Shown here: positions 21,295-32,312 of the stretch, piece by piece | Numbering within the stretch: the first letter of the stretch is position 1 | Layout: each line of letters opens with the position of its first letter | Source: an uncultured Nitrososphaerota archaeon | GTDB taxonomy: Archaea > Thermoproteota > Nitrososphaeria > Nitrososphaerales > CADDZS01 | Direction of reading: 5' to 3' | NCBI GenBank assembly: GCA_963799845.1 | Contig: CAWCYI010000004.1 | Span: 1,184,001 to 1,248,000 of the forward strand | Length of the DNA stretch: 64,000 nucleotides | The notes under the pieces: model-generated | Database searches by the model: none | The model's input: only the letters and a program-made list of their open reading frames with translations | What the model was told of the DNA's origin: nothing | Position numbers and translations under genes: made by a program

Positions 21295-22329
21295 ATGGAG
21301 GGGGCTTTGTTGGACATAATGATAACTGGCACAGGTTTTGTTGGGTCCAACGCTGCGAGGAAGTTCATTGATGAAGGTTACAGTGTAGTTGCGCTTGATC
21401 TCCACCCCCAGAGTCCAGACTACCTTGAAGGGCTCGGAGAAAAATTGAAGATCGAAAAGCGAGATGTAACTTCGTTTTCCGCTCTCGAGGAAACAGTTGA
21501 GAAAGAAAAACCCACGATTCTCGTCCACACGGCAACCTACCTAAATCCGACGGAGTCCTTCAAAGTTTTTGAGGTGAACGTGCGCGGAACTGCGATCGCA
21601 TTAGAACTCGCCAGAAAGTATGATTTGACGCTCGTTTACCTGAGCTCCGGGGCCATCTACGGGCAACTGGAAGGAAATCAGGACATTGACGAAAGCGAAA
21701 AGTTTGGTCCAGTCTTTCCGCCGCGGGAATTTGATAATGCTTCCGGAACGGGGTACTCCATGTCAAAGCGGTTGGGAGAAGAATGGGTCTCCATGTATAA
21801 AGCCCTCTACGGTATTCGAGTTTCAGCTCTGAGGCTGGGGTGGGTCTATGGGCGGGGTATCTCCGACTACCGCCTAAATTCTGGTATCTCATTATTCTTG
21901 CGGAAAGCGATGGTCGGACAGCCCTTTGTACTTCCTTACGGGGGAGACTCGTTCTGCGATTTCGCTCACGTGATTGATGTGGCGGATTCTATCTTTGAAG
22001 CTGCGACGGCAAAGAACCTCAAGAGTCTTGCATTCAACATCGTTTATGAAAGGGGATACTACATGAAAGAAGTAGTCGAGGCCGTGAAGGAAATATTTCC
22101 GGACGCGCCGTTGTCCCTAGGCGATGGACAATGGCCATCAAAAGGAGTTCCCGTCCCAAGGGGCGGCATAAGCTGGCCTTCAAACCGACACATGAGCATC
22201 AAGAGGGCGAGGGACGAGCTCGGATTTAATCCCAAGTACGACTTGCGGAAGGGCACAAGAGAATATTACGACTGGATGAAAAAGAATTGGAACATCTGCT
22301 CGCCGGAGGCGGTTCCGTTTCGTGCTTGA
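21295..22329 (+). CDS. NAD-dependent epimerase/dehydratase (extended SDR)
   Basis: ITGTGFVG, SSGAIYG, YSMSK, R...VYG, DFAHVIDVA. Confidence 0.88.
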   Translation: MEGALLDIMITGTGFVGSNAARKFIDEGYSVVALDLHPQSPDYLEGLGEKLKIEKRDVTSFSALEETVEKEKPTILVHTATYLNPTESFKVFEVNVRGTAIALELARKYDLTLVYLSSGAIYGQLEGNQDIDESEKFGPVFPPREFDNASGTGYSMSKRLGEEWVSMYKALYGIRVSALRLGWVYGRGISDYRLNSGISLFLRKAMVGQPFVLPYGGDSFCDFAHVIDVADSIFEAATAKNLKSLAFNIVYERGYYMKEVVEAVKEIFPDAPLSLGDGQWPSKGVPVPRGGISWPSNRHMSIKRARDELGFNPKYDLRKGTREYYDWMKKNWNICSPEAVPFRA

Positions 22330-22369
22330 ACCGGTAATATTGAAATAATGACAACCTCACGCGCTTTCC

Positions 22370-23311
22370 ATGGATCGCTTAATCGACTCTGTTTCTTGGA
22401 AACAATTCAAACTACCGGCGGGTGCTACGACCGGAGAAGTAGAACTCTCAATCGGAACTATGGGGAGTGGGAAACCGGTTGGTCTTCTTGTCGCCGGTCT
22501 TCACGGAGATGAGGGCCCATGGGGCGCGTGGGCGATACGAAAATTGTTGGAGAGAGTGGATACGAGTCAGCTCCGCGGATCTCTTCGCATAGTTCCCGCC
22601 GCTAACCCTTCGGGAGTAGAAGCAGGGAAGAGAAACGCGATCCTTGATCTGATTCCTTCGGATTTGAATAGATCTTTTCCGGGCGACCCCGAAGGTCTTC
22701 ACACCGAAAGAGCGGCCGCGATACTTGCGAGGGAGGCGGTCACGGGGGCAGAAGTTGTCGTTGATGTTCATGGCGGAGGAAATTGGTGCGTGAACGCGTT
22801 TGTGGCGAGATTTCCAAAAAGTGAAGACATTGCAAACGCAGTCGGCGCGCCGTTCATCATGGATCGTCAGCCGATTCCGAACACTCTTACGGGATATGCT
22901 CACGGGCTGGGTTCGAAAGTTGTACTTCTCGAAATGGGCGGAATAGGAAGCGAGGAGGAGGCGTGGGCTAATCGTGTTTCGGAAGGGGTGGAACGTGCGC
23001 TTAATGTCGCCGGCATTATTGAAACCGGCAGAAGAGATCCTGGAACGAAATCCATCACCGTCGGGCCGTCGAAAGTGATTCGACCATCAAAAGGAGGAAT
23101 ATTCTTGCCCGTATTGAAGGAACGTGATGTTGGGACGGTGGTTGCAGGAAATACCGTAACAGGCTACCTTCTTGACCCCGTTACAATGGGTGTCGTCGAG
23201 ACTTTCCGCGCGCCTTTTCCGGAGACTGCGGTCTTATTGCTACGACCCAACTTGATTAACGTGGAAGGTGGTACTCCTCTGCAGATTGTAGCACAACCTG
23301 CAAAATCGTAG
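22370..23311 (+). CDS. Succinylglutamate desuccinylase/aspartoacylase (AstE/AspA) family
   Basis: AGLHGDE, ANP, DLNRSFPG, DVHGG, LEMGG. Confidence 0.88.
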   Translation: MDRLIDSVSWKQFKLPAGATTGEVELSIGTMGSGKPVGLLVAGLHGDEGPWGAWAIRKLLERVDTSQLRGSLRIVPAANPSGVEAGKRNAILDLIPSDLNRSFPGDPEGLHTERAAAILAREAVTGAEVVVDVHGGGNWCVNAFVARFPKSEDIANAVGAPFIMDRQPIPNTLTGYAHGLGSKVVLLEMGGIGSEEEAWANRVSEGVERALNVAGIIETGRRDPGTKSITVGPSKVIRPSKGGIFLPVLKERDVGTVVAGNTVTGYLLDPVTMGVVETFRAPFPETAVLLLRPNLINVEGGTPLQIVAQPAKS

Positions 23312-23359
23312 GAACAGCCTTTCTCGAGCGAATTTCTTTCTGGTCAATGTGCTGGATAT

Positions 23360-24358
23360 CTAATTCAGTGAAGGAACTACTTCCCTTGCAAACGGAAGAA
23401 TGCTGTTCAAGGTAGGATAGTCCATAAAATAGATCATGAACCTCTGGACTCCGATCTTGATATACTCCGCGAAGCGTTCGGTCACTTCCTCTACCGAGCC
23501 GAAGATGTACTCTTTTCTGATGTCCTCCAGTTTCACGGAGAAAGGCTGCTTTCCCAGGCGTTTCCTTTCCGGGCTATTTGCGATGTGGCCGTTCGTCCAG
23601 TCAACAAGCCTTTGCTGCTGTTCGGGCTTGTCGCTAATCAGAACGTACATTTCGAGTGTTTTCTCGATCTTGTCGTAGTCTGTGCCGACCGAAGAGCAAT
23701 GTTCTTTGATAACCTGAAGCTTGTGCGCGTAATCTTCCGTGGTTAATTCGTCAATGTTCCAGGCATCTGCATAACGCGCCACTGCCCTGAGCAGAAGCTT
23801 CTCGCCCTTGCCGCCAATCAGGATTTTCGGCGAAGGTTTTTGGATCGGTTTAGGCAGACAAGTCGCTTCGTTTACGCTATAGTACTTGCCTTTAAAGGTG
23901 AATCTATCGTTTGTCCACATTCCCCTGATTATCTTGACAGCTTCGACCAATCGCTGGATGCGGGCCTTTGGCACATCTTCCCATGGCAACCCGTAGGCGA
24001 GTTGTTCATAACCGTTCCACCCTGCACCTATTCCCAGATCGACCCTTCCATTAGACATGATATCCAATGTCGCTACAATTTTTGCAAGCAATGCGGGATT
24101 CCTGTGGGTCGTGCAATCGACCAGCGTTCCCAGACGCATTGTTTCAGTGACTTGGCTCAAACCGGCCAAAACAGTCCAGACTTCTAGGGTCTCCAAACTG
24201 TCGCCGGTCATCAAATGATCGGGGGCCCAAATTGACTCATAGCCCAGCCGTTCGCAAATTCTCGTAACATCCTTCATTCGTTCGAAATTTAGATTCTCAT
24301 CCCAAGCACTCGTACCTGCGTTGATCGGGAGTGCAACACCAAACTTTGTCTTCGGCAT
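23360..24358 (-). CDS. LLM-class (probably F420-dependent) oxidoreductase
   Basis: WAPDH, RNPALLAK..ATLD.MS.GR..LGIGAGW, PKPIQKP, IGGKGEK. Confidence 0.9.
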   Translation of the reverse strand: MPKTKFGVALPINAGTSAWDENLNFERMKDVTRICERLGYESIWAPDHLMTGDSLETLEVWTVLAGLSQVTETMRLGTLVDCTTHRNPALLAKIVATLDIMSNGRVDLGIGAGWNGYEQLAYGLPWEDVPKARIQRLVEAVKIIRGMWTNDRFTFKGKYYSVNEATCLPKPIQKPSPKILIGGKGEKLLLRAVARYADAWNIDELTTEDYAHKLQVIKEHCSSVGTDYDKIEKTLEMYVLISDKPEQQQRLVDWTNGHIANSPERKRLGKQPFSVKLEDIRKEYIFGSVEEVTERFAEYIKIGVQRFMIYFMDYPTLNSILPFAREVVPSLN

Positions 24359-24472
24359 GCGGGAACTCGCCTGAGATTGAGTAATTATAGTTTGTTTTGT
24401 AAATCAAAATAATCTATCCCTCATAAAATTGACCAATTCGAAAGTATAATCATCAAACTAGAATGACTAAAT

Positions 24473-25493
24473 CTAAACCGCTGCCTGTTTTTTTGAATTC
24501 TGAATCTGCAGAGCGAAATGACAAGCCGCGAGATGGTCTCCAAAATATTGCTTCAATTCAGGAACCTCGGTTTTGCATCTATCGGCAACGTAAGGACATC
24601 TTGGATGGAACGTGCAACCGCTCGGTGGAACGATGATGCTGGGAGCTTCACCGATCACTTCAGTCTTCAGAAGACTTCTCTGTTCTGGATCGGGCATTGG
24701 AAAGGCGGATAACAGCGTCGATGTGTATGGATGCAGAGGATCTACTAGGACTGATTCGGTGGGGCCGAGCTCCTTCACCGACCCCGTATAGAAAACTCCC
24801 AAACGATTTGACAGATACCTTGCAACAAATATGTTGTGAGTAACCAGGATGTACGCGAGGTTCAGACTTTTTCTGCAAGTCTTTCAGGAGATTCAGTACC
24901 TGTGCCTGAACCGCGGCGTCGAGCGCGCTGGTTGGTTCGTCAAGTAGCAACAACGCTGGATTGGGGGCGATCGCCCTCGCAATGCTCACTCTCTGTTTTT
25001 GTCCGCCGCTCAACTGTGAGGGATAATTCTCCGCATACTTCCCGCCCAGTCCTACATTTTCAAGCGCGGTCTGCACTCTTTCGTTGATGACATCTGTTTC
25101 GTACTTCAAAGGTCTCAGGGGCTCTGCGACAATGTCTCTCACCTTCATCGTCGGGTTCAGCGAAGAATCGGGATCTTGAAAGATCATCTGCACCTTCCCC
25201 TTCAGGCTTCCGACTTTCTTTCCGTTTTCAAAAATGGTCTTACCATCAAGCACCATCTTTCCCTCCGTTGGCGGAGAAATCATTGCAACCGCTTTCAGAA
25301 GAGTAGTCTTGCCAGAGCCGCTTTCTCCGACAATCCCGAGCGTTTCACCTCTCAAAAGTTCAAAACTGACGTCCTGGACTATCTTGACTTTCTTGTTGCT
25401 CCGGAATTCGGATCCTGTCTTTACCTCGACCTCCTTTGACAGATTCTCGACGATGAGAACCCTGTCGTCAATAGTAGAGGACGCACTTTGCAT
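24473..25493 (-). CDS. oppF: Peptide ABC ATPase OppF-like (frameshift ~24870)
   Basis: GESGSGKT, LSGGQKQR, LDEPTSALD. An extra A in a run joins it to ORF 24473..24802 (HPYT, GCTFHPRC). Confidence 0.88.
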
Positions 25494-26545
25494 GATGATT
25501 TTCTTCTACCTTAACGTAGCGCGGTTTCTCGGTCTTGCAGATTGCACTTACCATTGGACAGCGATCTGCGAATTTGCATCCCTTTACTTCTGACCTGAGG
25601 TCTGGTACAGAGCCCGCGAGGGTCTGGAGTCTGTCCTTCATCTCGGGAGACTTTGGATAGCATTTCAAGAGACCTTGGGTATAGGGATGGAGGGGGTTCG
25701 AGAATATCTGTCCGACCGTTCCCTCTTCCACAATCTCCCCCGCGTACAACACCACGATTCGATCAGCCACCTGCGCCGCGACTCCGAGATCATGGGTGAT
25801 CAGGACTATCGACATTCTGACCTGGTCGACGAGGCTCTTCATCAACTTCAGTATCTGCGCCTGTGTTGTTACATCAAGTGCAGTGGTGGGCTCGTCGGCG
25901 ATTAGTAACGACGGATGCAGGGACAAGGCCATCAGCTATCATTACCCTCTGAATCATTCCGCCACTCAGCTGGAATGGGTAGCGCTGGGCAACGCTCTCC
26001 GGATCGGCAATTCGCACTTTCCTCAGCCACTCAAAAACTTCCTTCTTAATCATTGACTTGTCACTTTCGGCGGGTTTTTCTGGTGGTTTTGAAGTTGCGG
26101 ACTTTTGTGACTCTACATGCTTTTGATTTACTTCGAGCGTTTCCGCGAGCTGCTTGTTCACTTTCTCGATCGGATTCAGCGATGTCATTGGCTCCTGAAA
26201 GATCATTCCGATTTCAACGCCCCTGAATTTGCCCCAATCTTTCTTTTTCAAAGCAGCGAGATCCACGCTCTTGTAGAGAATCTCACCTTGAATCGACGCA
26301 GCTGCGGGTAAGAGTCCTATTATTCCAAATGCAAGTGTACTTTTTCCCGATCCAGATTCGCCGACAATTGCCACGAATTCTCCAGAGTTTACCTTGAGGT
26401 TAATGTCTTCCAGAGCGTAGACACTCCCGTGGACTGAACGGTAAATTACGGAAAGTCTTTCGATGTCCAAGATACTGGAACTCTCGGCAATTGTAGCGGA
26501 CGTGATTTGATTCCTCGACTGATTCTTCGAACCGAGTCCTTCCAA
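25468..26545 (-). CDS. oppD: Peptide ABC ATPase OppD-like (frameshift ~25935)
   Basis: GESGSGKS, FQEPMTSLNP, LSGGMIQRVMIA/MALSLHPSLLIADEPTTALD. Confidence 0.88.
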
Positions 26546-26585
26546 ATAATTTAAGGCTATCAGCTGATTTTACTCTTTTGTTAAT

Positions 26586-27362
26586 TCAATCTGTTTTTGT
26601 GGATTGGGTAACCATCCCAAATTGCACTCCGGATCGATAAAGCCTTATCCATTCGGAAAACAGAGGATTGGGATATCTTTTGTAAAATCTCGATGAGAGA
26701 TAGCCGGCCAGTACTGTAACGTGGAATTTTTGATCGCTGGGCACATCCGAGAATCTCATGCCTATTCTGAACCAGTCCCTAAAGTTCTGGATCGATTCTA
26801 ATGTTCTTGGGAGAAGTGAATTCCTTGATTGGTCTTTGATATGCTCCGCAACCACGTTCAGGGACATGTTCTGCGCATGCAGCCCAAGCTCGTATGCATG
26901 TAGCGCGAGCTCATTGTCCTCGTGTCTATCAAGATCTTTCCATCCGTCTAATTTCTCGGCCGCCTGCCTCGGTACAATCATCATTCCGTAAACGGAGAGT
27001 ACTTTTCCTTCGAACCTTTGGTGATAATCTTTGATTGCCAGGAGAATTTTGCCTGGATCATAAACCACGTCCATGTCGATGTTAGAAAGCAAGTAAGTTC
27101 CACTGGAGAGAAGATATGCGAGGTTTCTGCCTTTTCCCCTGGAGCATCTTTCAATTGAAATCTTTTGAACGATTTGCTTTCGTTGCAATTCTTTGAGGAA
27201 GTCAATCGAGTCATCGGTACTCTCATTATCCACAACGACCGTCTCGAACTCCTTATTCGAAAGTAAAGGCATTATGCTTGAAATTGATCTTCTGATCGAC
27301 TTTCCCGAATTGTAGTTTGTGATGCAGATGCTGCACTTTGGATTCTGACGGTCGAGCGACAC
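26586..27362 (-). CDS. Glycosyltransferase family 2
   Basis: SICITNYN, VVDNESTDDS, GRN, DMD (DxD), ED. Confidence 0.85.
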   Translation of the reverse strand: MSLDRQNPKCSICITNYNSGKSIRRSISSIMPLLSNKEFETVVVDNESTDDSIDFLKELQRKQIVQKISIERCSRGKGRNLAYLLSSGTYLLSNIDMDVVYDPGKILLAIKDYHQRFEGKVLSVYGMMIVPRQAAEKLDGWKDLDRHEDNELALHAYELGLHAQNMSLNVVAEHIKDQSRNSLLPRTLESIQNFRDWFRIGMRFSDVPSDQKFHVTVLAGYLSSRFYKRYPNPLFSEWIRLYRSGVQFGMVTQSTKTD

Positions 27363-27386
27363 AGTCGATAGTTCAGCCGGTGAAAA

Positions 27387-28352
27387 TCAAGTATATTGGC
27401 TTTCTACGATTCCTTCCACGTATCCCGTCACTACCGCGCGTAGGGCCTGCTTTCTCCTTCTCCCGCGGAGAACATACGCGAGCGAATTTGGGAGAACAAA
27501 TCTTAGCGATTGAAAAATAGAACGGGCGGTGAGAAGATTTTCATCTGCAAGAACGATTCTCTGGATGATGAACCAGTCACGGATCTCGTACCTGACTCTT
27601 TGAGGATCAGCAGTGCCGTGCTGGGCCCACCAACCTATTTTTCCGGGAGGTTCGACGTCGTGATAAATGAAGCACCCGGTGTAAGCATAAACTTTCCAGC
27701 CCTTTTTTTTAAACCTGAGCGCAAGGTCCATCGAGCTGTTAATCACAAGGCGTTCGTTGAACCCACCAACCTGTTCTAGAGCTGCTCTGCGGACAATCGA
27801 GGCGTTTGGTAACGCGTCTGTCGAATAATACTTTCCCTCCAGCGCTGGATTCCTTGGGAGATTGCGGCCGAGCAAGTTGAACTTTGGAGGATCTGAGAAC
27901 GGAGTTGCGTAGACCCAGACCAAGTCCGGGCGCGACTTGTAAACGACCGCAGGCATGATGGCAGCAACATCGTGCATGTCAGATATGGCGCTCAGTGTCG
28001 CCGATAGCGTATCTTTGTCGACTACGTTGTCATCGTCTATGAAAAAAACATACTCCGTCTTTGCATTTTTCCATCCGATGTTCTTTGCTTTCGAAATAAA
28101 GATGCGCTTTTGAAATGCAATCTGCTTAATCTTCAAATCGGGAAATCTACCATTCAAATCAACTAGGTTTTCCGAATCGTCGACTATTACGATAGAGTCG
28201 ATCTCAGGGATCCAATATTTTTGGATGCTCTCAAGTAAAGCCTTTAGACGATCTGGTCTGTTGTGCGTGGGAATTACGATTGTGACCAGGCCGTCTGGCA
28301 TCAATCTTGCCTTTTCGTAGATGCTAAAATGGCTTGCCATCGCTAGGATCAC
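27387..28352 (-). CDS. Glycosyltransferase family 2
   Basis: IVIPTHNR, VDD, FIDDD, VGGFNE, D...R, YH. Confidence 0.88.
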   Translation of the reverse strand: MILAMASHFSIYEKARLMPDGLVTIVIPTHNRPDRLKALLESIQKYWIPEIDSIVIVDDSENLVDLNGRFPDLKIKQIAFQKRIFISKAKNIGWKNAKTEYVFFIDDDNVVDKDTLSATLSAISDMHDVAAIMPAVVYKSRPDLVWVYATPFSDPPKFNLLGRNLPRNPALEGKYYSTDALPNASIVRRAALEQVGGFNERLVINSSMDLALRFKKKGWKVYAYTGCFIYHDVEPPGKIGWWAQHGTADPQRVRYEIRDWFIIQRIVLADENLLTARSIFQSLRFVLPNSLAYVLRGRRRKQALRAVVTGYVEGIVESQYT

Positions 28353-28473
28353 TGGTCAAACATGCTTGTCTGTTGGCTAGAGTTTTAACAACGCAAGAGT
28401 GCCAAAAAGATGGATTGGACCTAATGAACTCAAACGAAAGAAATTAATCTGAATTGAAAGCGCTCGCTCACTA

Positions 28474-29253
28474 ATGGTCTACGAGGATCTTGCCGGAAAG
28501 TGCATCCTGATCACTGGAGGATCTAGGGGAATCGGCCGTGAGATGGCGCGCGAATTCCATTCTCTCGGTTCAAAGGTCGCGGTTAACTACAATTCTTCTC
28601 GGAAAGAAGCTGAAGAACTGAAGAAAGAGTTAGGCTCAGGAGTGGAGATCTTCAAGGCCGATGTTTCCAAGAAGAGCGAAGTTGACAAAATGGTCGACTC
28701 AGTTGTAACCAAGTTTGGTTCAATTAACTGCCTCGTAAACAATGCAGGGATCGTTGATGGGATGAAGTTTAACCAGTTCGACGAAGGTAAATTCAACGAA
28801 CTGTGGGGTGTAAACTTCATGGGAACTGTGTACACAACGCTTGCCACGATCGAACACATGAAAAAGAGACGCTCCGGCTCGATAATCAATCTGTCCTCAA
28901 ATCTTGGAATTGGCGCCGCGAGCTCTGGGGCAACCTTCTACGGGATGACCAAGACCGCTGTAATATCCCTAACAAAGCGTCTTGCCTATGAGCTGGGAGA
29001 GTATGGAATTAGGGCAAACGCCATCGCGCCGGGCTGGATAAGAACCGACATGACGACGCGTGGACGCACTCCTGCTGAGACGAGAAAGTCTGAGAAGATA
29101 ATTCGATCAAAAAACGCTCTTCACATGATCGGAGAACCAAGACACATCGCGAAGCTGGCCCTCTTCTTGGCTTCAGACGATTCAGCCCTAATCACGGGAC
29201 AAACCATAGTGGCAGACGGCGGCAGATTTGATTACCTGTCGCACGCAGTATGA
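28474..29253 (+). CDS. Short-chain dehydrogenase/reductase
   Basis: TGGSRGIG, NNAG, YGMTK, PGWIRTDM, ITGQ..VADGG. Confidence 0.9.
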   Translation: MVYEDLAGKCILITGGSRGIGREMAREFHSLGSKVAVNYNSSRKEAEELKKELGSGVEIFKADVSKKSEVDKMVDSVVTKFGSINCLVNNAGIVDGMKFNQFDEGKFNELWGVNFMGTVYTTLATIEHMKKRRSGSIINLSSNLGIGAASSGATFYGMTKTAVISLTKRLAYELGEYGIRANAIAPGWIRTDMTTRGRTPAETRKSEKIIRSKNALHMIGEPRHIAKLALFLASDDSALITGQTIVADGGRFDYLSHAV

Positions 29254-29276
29254 TGCTGATTAATCCTCTCTTACGG

Positions 29277-30584
29277 TTAGGTCGAAAACAATCCGCATCC
29301 TTCGGCATATTTGATATTCGTCCCAAAATCTCGAGACAGTTTTGCCAGAGTGTCAACAACTTTTCGGCCTGTCTGTTCGTCGGCCAGTTCGGGATTGCCG
29401 GTTTCCGATGGCAGTCGGTCTTCATTCTTCAGAGTAATCGGAAATAACTTCATTCCCGCAATCCCGTCTTCGTCAAGCTCAAAGACTGAAACCACGCTTT
29501 GATACCACCATTCAGAATAGGGACTTTCTGACGGCGGAATGATGCCTTCCCGAGCGCTGTAAAAATCGGAAGGTTTTGCTCTCGCGCCAAGATTGTAGAA
29601 GTCATACTGGTCATTGGTAACTTTCTTGACACTATTGTTGTGTGCTATGAAGTTGCCCAAACTGTAGAAGATTGGTTTATTCTTGTAGATCTCTATCCCG
29701 CGCAGTATGTGCGGTCCGTGTCCGATGAAGACGTCCGCACCCGAATCAATGCAGGTGTGTGCGACGTCATGGATTAGATCCGAGGGATACTCAAGACCTG
29801 ATGAACTTGACGTATGGGAATGAAAAGAAACTAGTACCCAGTCCGCTAGTCTTTGAGCGTCTTCCACCGATTTTGCCAAATCCAGACGATCGTCAGGATG
29901 CACGGAATGAAAAGTGCCGGTCTTTTCACCGGACTTGAAACTATGTCCGAGGAATTCAATTTCTCCGTCCTTGAGAGAACTCTTGTGCCCGGATGGCGGA
30001 TTCAGCCCCGCTTCTCGAATGACACCTGAAAGCTCTTGGATTCTTTCGTTTCGAATCACGTGGTGACTCTTTACTCGTAAGAGGTTCATGCCAGGACGCG
30101 CGGGGAAGCCCGACCCTCCGTTGCTCGCCCTTTCCCATATTGAATGCCATGAGTCCCAACAGGCGGAAATCAATGCCACTCTTCCATCAGGCGTTTCCAG
30201 ATACTTGGCCTCCCTTGCCTCGTCCAGATCACGTCCGGCTCCGGCGCACACAATCCCCGAGTCGTCCAGAGCGCGTAACGTAGACAAGAGACCCTGCGGC
30301 CCAAAGTCTGTCGCGTGCGTATTCGCCAAGGATGTCATATTGAAGCCAAACCGGCGGAGTTCATCCGCCAGTGCCGGCTCGGCATACCAAAGCGTAGCGA
30401 CGCTTGCTCCTCTCGGCATCGGGTAGGATTCGCCGTTATGAAACAGGGACTCGCAATTCGTGAATCGGACGTCGGCTCTTTGAATGATTTCGGCTATCTT
30501 CTTAGAATATTGGAATGTCGATAGATTTTTCGCGATCATGGAATCTCCAGTCGCCGAAATCGTGATCTTTCTATTATGAACCAT
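29277..30584 (-). CDS. CapA-like metallophosphoesterase-fold protein
   Basis: TGD, NCE, LANTHATDFG, AGAG, SFHSH, GHGPH, YSLGNF. Confidence 0.88.
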   Translation of the reverse strand: MVHNRKITISATGDSMIAKNLSTFQYSKKIAEIIQRADVRFTNCESLFHNGESYPMPRGASVATLWYAEPALADELRRFGFNMTSLANTHATDFGPQGLLSTLRALDDSGIVCAGAGRDLDEAREAKYLETPDGRVALISACWDSWHSIWERASNGGSGFPARPGMNLLRVKSHHVIRNERIQELSGVIREAGLNPPSGHKSSLKDGEIEFLGHSFKSGEKTGTFHSVHPDDRLDLAKSVEDAQRLADWVLVSFHSHTSSSSGLEYPSDLIHDVAHTCIDSGADVFIGHGPHILRGIEIYKNKPIFYSLGNFIAHNNSVKKVTNDQYDFYNLGARAKPSDFYSAREGIIPPSESPYSEWWYQSVVSVFELDEDGIAGMKLFPITLKNEDRLPSETGNPELADEQTGRKVVDTLAKLSRDFGTNIKYAEGCGLFST

Positions 30585-30658
30585 AAATAGGAACCTCCTT
30601 CAGGTAACCAACTTTACTTTCATAAAGATCGGAATTTCCTCGTGAGTTTTTTCGAGCC

Positions 30659-31442
30659 TCATTGAGCCGTATATCCGCCGTCGATTACGAGTTCGCTTCC
30701 GGTGACGAAAGAAGATTCATCGGAGGCAAGAAACAGAATGCCAGCAGCTACTTCCTCGGGCTTCCCGGCGCGTCCCATTGGGACTCTGGAAAGAACGAAA
30801 TTCTTTCTGTCAGATGATTCCTTCCTGAACGTTGAGCCTTCTGTGTCAATAGGACCTGGATGTACAGAGTTTGCCCTAATATTGTCCTTCGCATACTGCA
30901 ACGCAGTCGCTTTGGTAAAGATTCGGATCGCGCCCTTTGATGCCTGATAGGCCGGATTCTCGAATGACGCGCCGACCAGACCAAACTGGGAGGATACATT
31001 CACGATCGAGCCGCCTCCAGAAGCTCGCATGAGCGGGATGGAGGCTTTGGTGCCGAGAAATACTCCCTTTGCATTCACGCTCTGGATCTTGTCCCAGACT
31101 TCCTCGCTGAGCTCCTCGACTGTCTTCGGGGTGTCAAAGATCGCAGCGTTGTTGACCAGCACGTCGAGCCTTCCAAAACGTGAGATCACGACGTCGATGG
31201 CACGTTGCCAGTCGCTTGAGTTTGATACGTCAACTCGAAGAAAGTGGCACGACTTTGGATAAATGTCGTTGATCTCATTCTGGAGCAGCTTTCCCTTTTC
31301 TTCGAGAATATCCGCGATTACCACGCTCGCGCCCTCCTCGGCAAACAGCATGGCAGTTGAGGCGCCTATCCCCCTCAGCTCCGCCGGTGATGATTGAGAC
31401 TTTTTCAGCCAGTCTCACTTCGCTCTCTCTCATTTCATCCAT
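30659..31442 (-). CDS. Short-chain dehydrogenase/reductase (frameshift ~31372)
   Basis: RLAEKVSIITGGAEG + extra G + IGASTAMLF; NNAA, YQASKG, HPGPIDT, TGSELVIDGG. Confidence 0.88.
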
Positions 31443-31447
31443 TTCAG

Positions 31448-32308
31448 TTAGCGCCCAACTTCTCTCTGGAGAGATTCTCTCAATCCGTCGCCGAGCAAGC
31501 TGAAACCCGCTGCGACGATGACTATGACGACTGCTGGAATTAGGGCAAGCCATGGTGCCCGGAAAAGGTATGTCTGGTACTGCGCCACCATGAAACCCCA
31601 GTCCGGTTGCGGGGGTCTAACTGCGAGTCCGAGATACGCCAGGCCGGAGTAGGCTAGCACGACAGTTCCGACGTCGAGAGTCGCGTAAACCAAGAGAGTT
31701 GGGATGGCTATCCTGTAAATGTGCCTAAACACGATTCGGCGCAGACTTACCCCGGATAATTTCGCAGACTCGACAAAATTTGACTGCGAGAGTTTCAACG
31801 CTTCGGACCGCGCCAGCCTCGCGTACGCGGGCCACCAGATAATCGAAAGGGCGAACATGACGTTAACCGGACTCGGACCAAGCACGATCGTGATCGCAAT
31901 ACCGAGCACTATCGCCGGAACTCCGAAGAAGATGTCAGTAACCCTCATCAGGGCTTCGTCGGCCCAGCCCGAGAGGTAACCCGCGAGAGCCCCGAAAAAG
32001 CCGCCGAAGACGAAGGCAAATCCCACCACGAAGAAGCTTACCATCGCGTCGTTTGGGGCGCCCGCAATTATCATGCTGAGGAGATCGGTTCCAATGTAGT
32101 TCGTGCCAAACGGGTGCGCGAGGCTGGGCGGCAAAAACGCGTTATTAATGCTGATCCCGATCGGGTTATACGGCAGTACGTGCCTCCCGCCGATCGCCTC
32201 CACAACCGATGTGACAACGAATATCGCAACGATTCCGAACCCGATTTTCGTCTCGGCGTTGATCGTCAGCATCCGCCTTGCTACCGAGAGGTTTTGCCTT
32301 AGAGCCAA
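31448..32308 (-). CDS. dppC: Peptide ABC permease (DppC/OppC-like)
   Basis: HPFGTN, ARLARS, FVESAKLSG, LAYLGL, PPQPDWG, GDGLRE. Confidence 0.92.
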   Translation of the reverse strand: MALRQNLSVARRMLTINAETKIGFGIVAIFVVTSVVEAIGGRHVLPYNPIGISINNAFLPPSLAHPFGTNYIGTDLLSMIIAGAPNDAMVSFFVVGFAFVFGGFFGALAGYLSGWADEALMRVTDIFFGVPAIVLGIAITIVLGPSPVNVMFALSIIWWPAYARLARSEALKLSQSNFVESAKLSGVSLRRIVFRHIYRIAIPTLLVYATLDVGTVVLAYSGLAYLGLAVRPPQPDWGFMVAQYQTYLFRAPWLALIPAVVIVIVAAGFSLLGDGLRESLQREVGR

Positions 32309-32312
32309 TTTT

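Noticed and set aside
24836-24900. Programmed frameshifting in oppF and other broken genes
   Set aside because: Shifts go in both directions at unrelated sequences in families not known to be recoded; sequencing error is simpler.
29277-30584. Poly-gamma-glutamate capsule locus
   Set aside because: No capB/capC, no membrane anchor, catabolic context.
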